From positions 1-64,000 of the IMG/VR virus record IMGVR_UViG_3300037483_001116: a stretch of DNA of 64,000 bases; one strand, given 5' to 3'. The stretch is from a virus. The translations under genes were made by a program, and so were the position numbers. Below are positions 1-11,758 of the stretch, piece after piece. Under the pieces are notes generated by a model. It saw nothing but the letters and a program-made list of their open reading frames with translations. It was not told the origin of the DNA and ran no database searches. The first letter of the stretch is position 1, and each line of letters opens with the position of its first letter.

Positions 1-178
1 GGGAAAGTTACATCGAGGCCGCAGTCAACGGCATGACCTGGCGGACCGAGAACAAGGCCCTCGTGGCCGTGATCTTCGGGGCCGTGGTGCTGGTGCCACT
101 GCTGTGCTGCTGCGTCGCCTGGTGGGTGTGAACTAAAACTCGACCGCCAAGCCCAAGTCCTGGAGAACGGAACCCGCC

Positions 179-2744
179 ATGTGTACGTCGCCCCACGAGA
201 TAACCTCAGCCCGCATCGAAGAGCTGATCGTTGGCATTGAGCAAGACATCGCCCAGTACCCCAACCACGCCTTCCGACAGATCTGGGAGGGCCGTCACGA
301 GCGGTACACCCAGCTCCTCAAGGAACGCGCCGAAGACGGCACCTACGACACCGCCGGGGTCGTCGACCAGCAGACCGAGACCTACCGGTAAGGAGCTTGA
401 GATGTCCGACGGCTGGAGGGCCGGCTTCCACCGGGCGCTGGTTGACGCCATCGTCCACGAAGGAAGCCCGCATGACCCGACCCGGGACCCGTTCTACGGC
501 TCGACGCTGCCCGACAAGTGGGTAGAGATCGGCCCCCACGTCGCCGCAGTCGGCATTGACTACGCCAATACCCCCAAGCCCGTCGAAGGGGAATGGATGG
601 AATTCGGCGGCACCTTCCACTCCAACGAAACGATCCACGGCGTGGACGTCGAACTGTTCCTCCTCGACGGCACCCGTGTTTGGTATCGCTACAAGGGAAG
701 CGTCCCGCACCTCATCCTCGCCGTCGTCAAGGACTAGTCAGAAGTGGCCATGAAGAACTACGTCCCCCGCCGCATCACCACCCGCGGACCCGAACAGGGA
801 CCCGCCTACACCAGCAGCAACGGAAAGGTCTGGATCGGCTGGGGCGGCGACATGTATACCTTCCTGGTCGCCTTCGGCCGCTTTTCGTTCAGCATCGATG
901 CGCAATTCTCGAACGGAGACAGACATGGCGGGGCGACGTAAACGAGACCCGGGACCCGAACTCTGTGAAATATGCAGACAGGTAGTCACCGAAGAGAACT
1001 GGCGCATTCACTTCGACCATTGGATCGAGGCGAAGGCGCGCCAACTCGTCCGAGAAGGCCGACACCCCGACTCTGTCGGAACCGCATTTCAGCCGGCCAT
1101 GAACCGAATCCTTGCCGCCCGACAGCTCCTTTCCTGAAAGGAAATACCATGACCCCCACCCTGGTAGACCTCAACGGCTTCGACGACCCCGACGCCATGC
1201 TCGAAACGCTGGACATCCTCGCCGACAAGGACACCATGGCCGCCATCCGCGAGGCTGAGGCCGGACTCAGTGACGAAGCCCGCTGGACCGGAAAGGCACA
1301 GGGCTACTGATGATCGACCGACCCAAGCCCATGCCGCTGAAGCTCAAGCTGGGCCCCATTTCTCTAGCCCTGCTCATCGTGACGGCCGCCGTGTTCCTGG
1401 CAGGCATTTGGACCGGCGACGGCCGCTGGGGCATGTCGGGACTGGTGCTCCTTTTCCCTGGCGTCGGGACCGGTATCGCATGGCTCATTCTCAAAACCGA
1501 GCCCTCCAGCAGATAAGGACCCCCCCATGTCACCCAGCAAGCGCCCACCGCCGGCCCCAGCCGCCAGTCGAGTTGGGACGCTCAACCTCGTCCGCAAAGT
1601 CACCCGCACCTTGACAATCAACACCGGCACGGACGCGTTGAAGGTGGCAGACGCCATTGCCGCGCGGACAGACCCACCCATGGCCTGGGAGCAGGTCGAT
1701 CCTGACTTCACCGCAGAACGCATCGCTGGCCCGCGTGACATAGGCGCCCGCTGGCGCTTCAACATCCCCGGCCCCATGCTTGTTGTCACCGAAACAGACC
1801 TGCCCATCATCAGGGCCCTCATCTTGGCCCTCGATGCTGAACACGAGGCGGAAATCCGTGACCGCGGACGCAAGGTCGTCGAGCAGGACCAGGAGCTGTT
1901 GGATCGGCTGGCCCAGTGAAATGGCCTTGGCGCCAGGTTTGCCACACCCCCAGAAAAGAGCCCGATCACAGTGACTGAAGATTTTGCCTCCGTCGCCGAG
2001 GCCACGGAGGTTGCCAATCCCCCCACTCTCGCCGTTGAAGCCCCCCACCCCGACATCATCACCATGGACCGCAAGATCGGGGCCACCCGCGCCTCCGTAG
2101 TCCTCACATCGGGAACCGTTGCCGTCGGAGACTGGGCCGCGGGCGACTGCCAAGCCCTCCGCCGCCTTGTCGAAATCCTCGTTGACAAAATCGACCGGGC
2201 CGCCCTCTCCGTCGAGAGGGTCGAACGGTCCAACGGCAGCCTCACCGGCGGCAACCGTGAACTCCGCGACCAGCTCGTAATGGCCCTCAACGAGGTCAAC
2301 GAGCTGCACCTGGCCCGTGAACACTGGACCGAGCAAACGGGTCACGTCGGCCAACTCGTGGCCGAAATCACCACCCTCAAGGCCCAGCTCGGCACCGTCG
2401 CGGCCAACACCACGCCGGAGGAAGCGGCTCTGCTTCGGCAAAGGAATCAGGCCGAAAGAGCCCGCCTCACCGAAAAGGCCCGCGCTGACGCCGCCGAAGC
2501 TAAGGTCAAGGAACTGACCCAGCAGCTCAACATCGAGGTCGGATGGAACACCGGCGCCCATGACTTCATCAAACGCCATGCCATCGACGCTGCGATGGCC
2601 GCTGACCAGGCCTTCGAGGAGGAGGCATGGAAGAACGCCGGCCGGCTACTGAAGCTCGCCAACATGTGGATCTCCTTGCTCGCCGCCGCCGACTTTTTGC
2701 CGGAGACCTCGCCGAAGGAACCAGGACCATCAAAATGGCCGTAG
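179..2744 (+). other. run of small hypothetical phage genes (e.g. 179-391, 402-737, 1527-1919, 1971-2744)
   Basis: Tightly packed co-oriented ORFs with AGGA-like RBSs and GC-rich third positions; no recognisable domains. Confidence 0.6.
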
Positions 2745-3313
2745 GTCACGTGTCGAGGCCGGAACCGGCGGAAGGGCTGGACCGGATCGAGGTGAGCCTG
2801 CAGGCTGAAAGGGACGTGCGGGTTGACCTCGTTGGAGCTGTTCGTCAAGCCAGAGACCGGGGCTTTTCCTGGACCCAGATCGGCGCCATCCTAGGTGTCA
2901 CCCGTCAGGCCGCGCAGCAACGCTTCGGGGCCTTGGTCGAGTTGGAGCCCACGGTCGAGCTGACACATCAACCCGTGGACCCGGCCCCCGTCGAACTGCC
3001 CCCTGTCCAAGTCGCGAGCCCCATTGCACCCAGGTTCGACTTCACCGCCATGGCCGCCATGACCGACGACCAGCTCGTTGTCGCCGCCGGCCAGCTTCCC
3101 CGCGACGAGAAGCTCACCGACCCCTACCTGCGGGCCCAACGAGAAGCTATCGTCGTCATGCTGTACAAACGTGGCTGGAGCCAACGTAAAATCGCGCCCG
3201 TTATTGGCAAGACCAACCAGCGGGTGTCGCAGATCGTCACCGGCTTCTATGATCGACTCAAGCGAGAATGGGAGGACGAACGTGCCCGGTGGGATCGGAG
3301 GGGGCAGCAATGA
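2735..3313 (+). CDS. double helix-turn-helix DNA-binding protein
   Basis: Two HTH motifs: GFSWTQIGAILGVTRQAAQQRF and GWSQRKIAPVIGKTNQRVSQIV. Confidence 0.75.
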   Translation: MAVGHVSRPEPAEGLDRIEVSLQAERDVRVDLVGAVRQARDRGFSWTQIGAILGVTRQAAQQRFGALVELEPTVELTHQPVDPAPVELPPVQVASPIAPRFDFTAMAAMTDDQLVVAAGQLPRDEKLTDPYLRAQREAIVVMLYKRGWSQRKIAPVIGKTNQRVSQIVTGFYDRLKREWEDERARWDRRGQQ

Positions 3314-4480
3314 CATGTTCAGTCGCCGCAATCCCATAAGACTGGCGTACTGCCAGTCCTGGCGCGACCTCACCGCGGCTGAGATCGTCGTCTTTTCCGC
3401 GGAAAAGACCCGGGCCACCTGCCACCTGGACAAGAGACACAAAGGCGACCACGAAGACAAGGTCCTGGGGCTGGCCTGGGGCACCAGCGGCTGGCCCCGC
3501 CCCGAGGTCTACCCCGCCGAGCAACGGACTCAGGGCGCCATGAAAGTGGAGCCCATCGACATCAACAAGCGCGGGAGCCAGCCATGACGGACAATCCACA
3601 ATGGACACCCGATGTTGAGCGGGGGACAGCTGGGGCCATCTGTCACGGCGCTGGCGACATCGACGACGCCTGGGAAGACTACATTCCAGAAGCAAAGGAT
3701 GCCCTCACTTTCCTGGCCGACGAAGGACTTCTCCTGCCCCCTGGCGGCGACGTCTACACCGAACACGGCTACGTCCACCGCAACGGCCACGGCGGCTCAT
3801 ACAGCAGCGCTGACCACGACGGCGCCTGGGACGCATACCTGAGGGCCGGCGGCAACGACAAAGTCCGCTGGGGCACCCGCATCGCCATCGAATGGCCGGA
3901 AACAGGCGGCCACTACTCGGGGCCATGGCAGTTCGGCGGCGAGTAGGGATTCCGCGGGTTCTCTGTGAAGAAGGCTGCCCTGCTTCAACCTCCGAAATAT
4001 GGCCTGAAGAATATCTCAGATGTGACCCAGAAGTCCTTACCGAAAACCTTCGAACCCGCTACCTGACCAGGCATGAGTTCGAGTGCCAAGAATGCGGCAC
4101 ATTGTGGGAGACACGGAAGGGCCGGCAGACCGGCTACGCCTCAAGTCTCCTCCCCTGGACCTGGCGCCAGGTTTCGCCGCGGCAGCAGGCCCGCTATGAT
4201 CGGACCAAACTCCGCGAAGCCGGCCGCTGGACACCTTTCTGGACCCGGGCCTGGCGGCTGCTCAGCAACTGAACCGCAGAGGTGGACATGTCCCGGCACG
4301 TCGGCGCCCAAGCGTTTCTGGCCGTCCTTGACGGCGACGAAACCGCCTGCCGGGAACTATTATCCAGCCTGTTTCCCCACGAATTAGACGAATTACGGGC
4401 CGCATTGAGCCACATGCGGTCCATCACCTCAGAAACGTACCGCAACCCTAAACGAATAAACGACTCCAAGGACTTTTAGC

Positions 4481-4813
4481 GTGGGTGGCACTGTCTACAA
4501 AACCCTTCCTATAGCCCAAATAGCCCGCGAATACGAATGCGGCGACAGCCTCCGCGCCATCGCCAGCCGCCACCTCGTCGGCCACAACACCGTCCGCCGC
4601 GTCCTCGCCGCCGCCGGAGTAGCCTTCCGTGGCGGTCGCTGCAACCCAGCCCACGCTGAAACCCACACCGTCAAGGACACCTATAAGCCCTCCGACTTTT
4701 GGGACGAGCTTGCCGCCGGAACCCTGCATCCAGCCGAAGTCGCTAGACTCCGTCGGGCTGTTGGCTGGGAACCAGCCTGGACTGGCCCCTATGATGCAAT
4801 CAACGGTGACTAA
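4481..4813 (+). CDS. HTH DNA-binding protein (paralog of 43284-43676)
   Basis: GDSLRAIASRHLVGHNTVRRVL HTH; C-terminal LRRAVGW matches LREAIGW of the paralog. Confidence 0.65.
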   Translation: MGGTVYKTLPIAQIAREYECGDSLRAIASRHLVGHNTVRRVLAAAGVAFRGGRCNPAHAETHTVKDTYKPSDFWDELAAGTLHPAEVARLRRAVGWEPAWTGPYDAINGD

Positions 4814-5315
4814 CATAGGAGCTACCTTGATTTGTGAGCTAATCGCCCACAGTGTCATCACCAACCGTCGGGTTTTGACCGACGCCGGGTACACGTTCTA
4901 CACCGACCAGCTTGTCACCGACCCCGACGACCTGGCCGAGTTCGCCGGCCGGGTCGGCAGCAACTCCTGGGCCCGCGCCGAACGAGGCATGGCCACCAAC
5001 CGGGACTATCTCAACCGCGTCCTCCAGGCCGCCGAGATCTCGATCGTCGAACACGCCTCTGCCACGTTCTACCTTGCCGACGTCACCGCCGCGGTCCTGG
5101 AAGAACTCCAACAGCCGGTCGAGACGAAACTAAGGATGCAGCCGCTGGTCTTCGCCGCCACCCAGGCTCAGCTGGTGGCCTCCGGGAACCTGTGGACCTG
5201 GCGGTCCGTCCTCGACGTGTGGCTTGACAAAGGCCCCGACGTCAGAGCCGTGGCCAAGGAGATGCTGTACCAGCTGCGACGGATCTCCCCTGGCGTCTTC
5301 CAGGACCTGGCGTGA
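4791..5315 (+). CDS. ThyX-like protein lacking the catalytic ThyX motif
   Basis: LAEFAGR..SW, TNRDYL, SIVEHASATFYL and SGNLWTWR..PGVFQD align with ThyX; RHRx7SxRY segment absent. Confidence 0.65.
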   Translation: MMQSTVTNIGATLICELIAHSVITNRRVLTDAGYTFYTDQLVTDPDDLAEFAGRVGSNSWARAERGMATNRDYLNRVLQAAEISIVEHASATFYLADVTAAVLEELQQPVETKLRMQPLVFAATQAQLVASGNLWTWRSVLDVWLDKGPDVRAVAKEMLYQLRRISPGVFQDLA

Positions 5316-5574
5316 CCCAGCCGGCGGATGATCTAGACCGGCACCTGGCCGAACGGTGGCTTGACCTAAATTTTGCTGTCGGCTACTACGCGTCCCTGCT
5401 GCTCCAGTCCCCACCCGGTGTGCATGCCTACATTTCCACGGCCTGTCTGCATGGTCATCACGACTACTGCAACGCTGCGGTGCGGCCGGACGGGTGCGCC
5501 AAGGAACCGGCGGAGTGCAAATTTTGCATAAGTCCATGTCAATGCCCAATTTGCCATAAGAATTAAGCAAAGAG

Positions 5575-5781
5575 GTGGGCACTAGGTGGCAGATTCCGAC
5601 TGCGACTGATGTTGCAATTGCAGCAGGCGTAACCGTGAGGATAGTGTATCGAGTATTTTCTGAGCACCATCACATTGAGTCAGAGACAACGGCGAAGGTG
5701 ATGGCAGCCGGGCGCGGCGGGTTGCAACTGCCCGGGCCGCGGTCGTCGAACGGGCACGGATCAACGCGGCGTGGAACGTGA
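5575..5781 (+). pseudogene. LacI-type HTH, N-terminal fragment
   Basis: TATDVAIAAGVTVRIVYRVFS...ETTAKVMAA, then unrelated sequence. Confidence 0.55.
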
Positions 5782-5866
5782 TCGTCGCCAACTACGACAC
5801 CGCCGACGAGTACGAGCCGCGACTGGCCGAGCAGGCCATCGAGCTTCCATGTGAAGGGGAACCGAA

Positions 5867-6388
5867 GTGAGTGACGAGAAGGCCGTGCCGGTTCTGTATC
5901 TGGACCTCGACGGCACCGTGCGGCAGGGCAAAGACGATGCGCTCGGCCGGTTCGTCAATGGGCCGGAGGACGTCGTCGTGTTCCCCGAGGCGGTCGAGAT
6001 GATGCGCCGGTGGAAGACCGGCGGCGGCCGGATCGTCGCCGTGTCGAATCAGGGCGGGGTCGCCCTCGGCATCATCACCGTCGAGGCCGTGGCGGCCGCC
6101 ATGCTGGAGACCAACCGGCAGGCCGAGGAACTGTTCGACAAGATCTCGTACTGCGTCCACCACCCCGGCGCCGCCCATCCGGAGATGGCGCGGTGTTGGT
6201 GCCGCAAACCGTCGCCGGGCCTTGTCATCGAAAGTTCGCTCACCATCGCGGCGAAGTTCGACGAGTACTACCCGCCGTACATGGGGCTGATGGTCGGCGA
6301 CCGGCCTGAGGATGCGGAGTGTGCGCGGCTGGCCGGGTTGGACTTCCAGTGGGCAGCCGACTGGCGCGCGCAGGCGGCGACGCCATGA
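5867..6388 (+). CDS. HAD-IIIA family phosphatase (GmhB / polynucleotide phosphatase-like)
   Basis: DLDGT motif I, SNQGG, CWCRKPSPG, MVGDRPED. Confidence 0.9.
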   Translation: MSDEKAVPVLYLDLDGTVRQGKDDALGRFVNGPEDVVVFPEAVEMMRRWKTGGGRIVAVSNQGGVALGIITVEAVAAAMLETNRQAEELFDKISYCVHHPGAAHPEMARCWCRKPSPGLVIESSLTIAAKFDEYYPPYMGLMVGDRPEDAECARLAGLDFQWAADWRAQAATP

Positions 6389-6538
6389 TCTTCCTCGTCG
6401 GGAGTTGAAGCTGCACGAGCTGGGGCTACAGACCCGCCGGTCGACGGTCGCGAACTCTCCGAAGCCTGCTTCTGGGACCACTGCGCCGAATCGACCTCGC
6501 CACCAACGAGTGGGTCGAGAACGAGGAGGAGGAGAGCG

Positions 6539-8085
6539 GTGTCTGACCTTGTGCCAACAGACCAGATCGAAGCCATCGTGGGCGCGACAAGGCATGCCAC
6601 CGACCACATCGGACGCGCCGTGTCCGCCGAGGAGACCGTGTACATCCTGCACAGCCAGGAATGCCGGGACAGCGGTGTGGATCTGCGGGAGTGTCCCTAC
6701 TCGTCGGCGCTCGACGAAGGGATCGATCCGAGCACGTGGGTTGAGGACGCGCCTGTTCGCCTCGCGATCGTTGATGGCCGGCTCGTGATCGCGGCGAAGG
6801 GCCCGGCCGATGTCTGAGTTGACGAAGGAAGACGCCCTCCGACTGGTGCGTGAGAACGCCTGGGAGGAACGGACCGACGAGGTCACCTGCGGCCACCCGG
6901 GCTGCGAAGACCACCGCGCCAAGGGCCGGTTGATGATTCACACCTTCAGCGCGTTCGGCTGCGACGTGAGCTTGGAGAGCGCGGAGAAGGACATTGCCGA
7001 GGCGACTGAGGTCGGCTGGGTGGATCACCTGCTCCGGCACGACCTCGCCATCATCCGCGCCAACAGAATGCCGCTGTACTTCGATGTGCCACGGCCGGTG
7101 GAGGTGCCCGATGCCTGACCCCCACCTCCTCACCCAGCGGCGGCGGCGAACGACACCAGCACCTGACCGATTCTGGAAGAAGGTCAACAAGGAGGCGTAC
7201 GAGATGTACCGGAGCAGGCCGTGATCGACCTCGAAGAGATCAAGGCGAAGTGGCTGAACGTCTGCGGCGCCTGTGACGCGGGCATCGGAGAGTGCACCCA
7301 CCCGTCCGGCGACTACAGGCCGGTGATGCTGGAACTGGTCGAGGAGATCGAGCGGCTGCGGCGGTCCGCTATCTACCGCGCGGGTTTCAACGGCGTCATC
7401 TGTCGTCGCTGCGGTGGCGGGGAGAACGACCACCGTATGCACTGCCGCTACTACGTCGGCCCGCTGGAGCATCGGTTCATCCACGACCACTGGAATGACA
7501 CGTTCGGTGGCCGTGACTTCGACTGCATCTGTGGCCGCTCGGTGCGCGTGGGCGGCATGGCCGGTTCGGTGCCGTACGGCGACGAGCCGGTGTGCCCGGA
7601 TGCGGCTGTTGCGGAGCGCGGCGGCGTTGAACGCCTGCACATCTGCCACGGATGCACGGGCGAGATCGCGGTCGCTGATCAGCGGTCGCTTGAGACTTCG
7701 GTCGGCACCGAGTACTGGCACAACGACTGCCTGCCCGTCCGAGGAGAGCCGACATGACCGTAGCCACCACCTACGTTGGTAGGCCGATCAAGCTCTGTGC
7801 GCTGTGTGGCGAGGAGAAGGCACACCGCGCCCGCGGCCTGACATGGCGCTGAACATCACCCACACGATCGAATGCCACTGCGGAGCGGACGCCGAGCACA
7901 CCACGATGCACCTCGACCTGAACCCGGGTGAGCGGATCGTCATCGACGCTGAGCTGTCCCTCGGCCAGGCCGACTTCCTGTGCCCGGACTGCGGCTGCGT
8001 CACCGGTACCGGCGATCTGTACACGGAGATCGCAAGCAAGGGTTCCGGCTGCGACGGCAAAGACGGCGAGGCGGACGAGGAATGA
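6539..8085 (+). other. small hypothetical genes, several Cys-rich (6539-6817, 6810-7118, 7221-7757)
   Basis: Coupled start/stop codons; CxxC motifs. Confidence 0.55.
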
Positions 8086-8243
8086 CGACGATCGCCGACC
8101 GCATCGTCCTGGATGGCCTGGCCGAGGACGACTACCACCGCCACAGCGCCCTGTCCTCAACCGGCGCCCGGAAGCTCCTGTCGTCAACGCCGGCCCACTT
8201 GATTGGCACGTGGCGTCGAGAACCGTTGCGCGATAGGTCTTGA
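8082..8243 (+). pseudogene. N-terminal fragment of an exonuclease VIII/RecE-like PD-(D/E)XK nuclease
   Basis: GLAEDDYHRHSALSSTGARKLLSSTPAH is the typical N-terminus; ORF stops after about 53 aa. Confidence 0.55.
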
Positions 8244-8268
8244 CCCGTACGTAGGGGTGTGCCACGCT
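8240..8268 (+). promoter_or_regulatory. sigma70/HrdB-like promoter
   Basis: TTGACC-17nt-CACGCT just upstream of the ATG at 8276. Confidence 0.4.
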
Positions 8269-8275
8269 GGGTGGC

Positions 8276-10896
8276 ATGACACAAACCCCACCCCTGGACC
8301 TGGAGGCCATCCAGCAACGCTACGACCTTGTCGAGGCCGGCTGGATAGCCTACCCCCTGGAGACTGGCGAAACCGAAGCCGAGTACCGCAAACGCGTGGA
8401 ACCGTGCCTGTCGGTCGACGCCTACAACTCGGCCTGCGATGTACCGGCCCTGATCGCTGAGATCCGTCGCCTGGAAGGCGGCAACGGGTGGCGCCCCCTG
8501 GTACGTCAACAGATCGCCGAACTTGTCGCCAAGGACCGGCTCATCGGGCGCCTGGAGGAAGCTTCGGCACAGCAGCAGGTCGAAATCGACCACCTCCGGC
8601 GCCCATCGGCGGTGGCAACCTGCACCATCCCCCCAGCCCACGCCCAATTGGATGCCGACGGCTTCTGTGAGGCCTGCGGGGTGCCAGTCGCATGAGCGCC
8701 AAGACCCCGTCCCTGAATCTGGCGCACATTCGACGGCGCCTGGCGGCAGCGGAAGACAGTAGCCACATGATCCTTCACGCCGGCAGCGGCGAGCAGTTGG
8801 CCGTCGCCCATCGGATACACCACGGCGCCACAGCCCAGGTCTTGAACGACGTCCACCTGCTTGTGGATGAGATCGTGCGCCTGCGCCAGGAGCTTCGGCA
8901 GGCCCGGGTTGCGGCCGGCAGGCTGGCCCTGGATCGAGGCGTGCTGTGAGCACCAAGGACTTCGACTTCGACCCCCGCGCCGGCCGCTACTACCGAGGCC
9001 TGAACCCGTTGCTCCGCGGCGCCATCAAACGTTTCGACCTGGACGCCTACCGCCGGCTGCATACCACGTACCGGCGCGGCTGGAAAAAGAGGAAGTGATG
9101 AGCATGCCCTCAACTCTCAGTCATGACGAACTGGTCACCCGCGCCACCCGCGGCTACCAACTCCTGGCCAGCCCTGAAGGCCGGCGCCTCGGCTTCAACG
9201 TCAACCTCCTCAACCCCGATACTCTTGAAATGTCGGATGGCTGCTACTGCGCCCTCGGGGAGACGTACGAAGGCGGCAGCTATTGGGATGCGGTCGAGCG
9301 CCTCGCCGACGAGGGCTACCCGGCCGTCACCCTCGACGACGCCACCTACCTCGATGCCGAGGCCGAAGAGAGGTGCCCCACCTACTTTTGGGAACGCATG
9401 CACGGCTTCATCCTCTTGCCCATTGTCGAGGCAGCTTCCGTCATCAAGTCCTACGCCGCCCTCACTGACGCTTGGCGTGAAGTCATCAAGCGGGAACGTG
9501 ACGGCGATGCCCAACCCTAGAGACCCTTCCTTTCGGCCCAAGCACCGTCAGCCGCATCGACAAATGACATCTGGTGTCTGGCGTCTTTCCCCTGTAATTC
9601 GTTCACCGAGGCCCGAGATCCAGATACGGACGCCGAGCCCAGCCCTCAGGAGGCAGTACATGTACGACGAGTTGAAGAAGAAGATCTTCGACATCCTTGG
9701 TGACGAAGACCACCTCGGCGGCCCGATGCAGCGCGTCTATCCTCGTCCCATCCGCGAGTCGCTGGCCAGCAGCATCTGCGCCGAAGTCGAAGAACTCCTT
9801 GCGGCTGGCCAAGAAGAAGAGGCGAGCTAGCCGTGGAAACCCAGGATTTCAGCCGCGAACAGCGAACCCTCGACTTGGCCGTCAAGCTGGAACTCGGCGA
9901 AGCCACCCCCGAGGAGATGCTCGAAGCCGCCAACGCCTTGTCCCATACCTCCGGTGACCGGCTGCGTCTCGAAAACCGCGTCGAGGCTTTGGAGTTGGCC
10001 CTCGCGTTTTTCATGCGCGTCATGAAAATCTTCGACGACCTTGACGCGAGGGAAAGCCTGTGGTGGAACATGCGGGCCACCGGCACCCCACTGCAGTTCG
10101 CCGTCAACTGCAGCGACGTTTTCGACCTTGGCACCGACTTTGAAGACCTGACCCCAGAAAACCTTCACACCCTGGAGCAGGCCATCAAGGACGTAAAGGA
10201 GAACTACCACAGTGCAGCCGGCGGCCCGATGGGCGAATACGACTGGGCGCTGGGGCTGTTCTGTGCCCGGATCCGCGGCCAACGTCCCAGGCCCCGAACC
10301 ATCATTCCCGAAGACTTGCGCCTCTTGTTCGATGCGGCAGGGCCGCCGCAATGACCCAGGACCTGTACGTCGCCACCCGGACCATGACCCAAGGCGAAAT
10401 CGAACGCAACGCCAACGACCTGGAGCTGTATCTGTCCATGCGGCGCCGCATCGACGCCATGGAGAAGGCCCTCAGCGACCTTGGCCTCTGGGGCCGCAAC
10501 CGCAACACCGGCGTCATGGCGGCCATGCGGAACGCCCTCCACGAGATCAGTGACCGGACGCTAGTGGCCTTCGCCGGCAGCGTCCGTGACGAAACCGACT
10601 TCCCAGGGGCCGTCGGCGGTGCAGGCATTGGTGTCACCATGGCCCGTGCGGAACTCCGCGCCTACTACGGGATCCTTCGGGCCATGTACGAGTCGTTCGC
10701 CGCATACCGCCTCATCGAACCCAGCGACGTCACCGAAGCCACCCGCGAAGGCGAACTCGCCGACGGTAGAAAACGAGACCGGAACAACCCACCGCTGGTC
10801 TACGCCCACGACCCCGACTGCACCGTCGACCACACCCCCAACGGGCCGAAGAGTCGCCGGAAAAACTGTCCCACGCCGGAGGAATGGGATGCATAG
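8276..10896 (+). other. hypothetical phage genes (8276-8695, 8692-8949, 9098-9520, 9833-10354, 10351-10896)
   Basis: Co-oriented, translationally coupled ORFs. Confidence 0.6.
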
Positions 10897-10922
10897 TGAC
10901 CAGGGTTGAAGAGGCTCGGCAC

Positions 10923-11354
10923 ATGGATGAGCGCAGGTTCGTCATCTTGGTCAACGACCGGGCGAAGCTGTCCAGAGGCAAATACGCGGCACAGGCGGTC
11001 CACGCGGCCTTGCTTGCCCTGGGTGTCCACCCAGAAGTTCCAGTAATTGTTCTGGGTGCCTCTCCGACCGAAATAGCGAAGATGAGGACTCAGGTTCGAG
11101 ACGCGGGACGGACTGAAGTCGAGCCTGGCACACTGACGGCCGGGACGAACTGGGAGACAGAAGAGGGGAATGGGGTGCCTGAGCTGACCACCGGGACCCA
11201 CGCCCCCCGGGAGTGCGACGACGACCTGCGCCGGTTGGTGGAAAAAGTCAACGGCTTCGTGTACATGGGCCTGACCATGAACAACACCATCAAAACCGTC
11301 GAGGTTCTGCGGGCCAATCCCGAATTCGCCAAGCGACTGTTGGGCCTGGAGTAG
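10923..11354 (+). CDS. minimal PTH2-family peptidyl-tRNA hydrolase with C-terminal extension
   Basis: VILVNDRAKLSRGKYAAQAVHAA and VRDAGRTEVEPGTLT are PTH2 signature motifs. Confidence 0.75.
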   Translation: MDERRFVILVNDRAKLSRGKYAAQAVHAALLALGVHPEVPVIVLGASPTEIAKMRTQVRDAGRTEVEPGTLTAGTNWETEEGNGVPELTTGTHAPRECDDDLRRLVEKVNGFVYMGLTMNNTIKTVEVLRANPEFAKRLLGLE

Positions 11355-11565
11355 TTGCATGCCCAAAGCGGACACCCTGCCCGAGGTCCCAGCCGACAAG
11401 GTCGAGGACCTGCGGCAGCTCGTCGAAGCCATCCTCGGGTTCGTCTATATGGGCGACGGCACCGAGGCCATCGTCAAAACCATCAGGGTCCTGCGCGCTG
11501 ATCCTGAACTAGCCGCCCGGCTTCTCAACTGAGAGCTGGGACCATCAACGAAAGGATTTGAGCAC

Positions 11566-11694
11566 CATGGACATCGGAAAGACCGTCCGCGAGGTCACCT
11601 TCGAGGACCCGGAGGCTACCCCGGCGCCCGCCGAACCGGCCACCGCCCCCACGGCACCCGTCGAGGCCCCGATCGAAGAGCCGGTCAGCGTCTA
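11566..11694 (+). CDS. 42-aa acidic Pro/Ala-rich peptide (MDIGKTVREVTFEDP...)
   Basis: RBS AAGGA, ATG to TAG, followed by a strong hairpin. Confidence 0.6.
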
Positions 11695-11706
11695 GCCCCC
11701 ACGACC

Positions 11707-11737
11707 GAAGGGCCCAAGGATCGGCCTTGGGCCCTTC
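11707..11737 (+). terminator. intrinsic terminator-like hairpin
   Basis: GAAGGGCCCAAGG / CCTTGGGCCCTTC 13-bp inverted repeat. Confidence 0.7.
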
Positions 11738-11758
11738 AACTTCTCTCCTGGAGGGGAA

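Noticed and set aside
1364-8956. Long minus-strand ORFs opposite the + strand genes (e.g. 1530-2579, 5792-6922, 6426-7721)
   Set aside because: These are antisense shadows typical of high-GC coding DNA, with no motifs or RBS.
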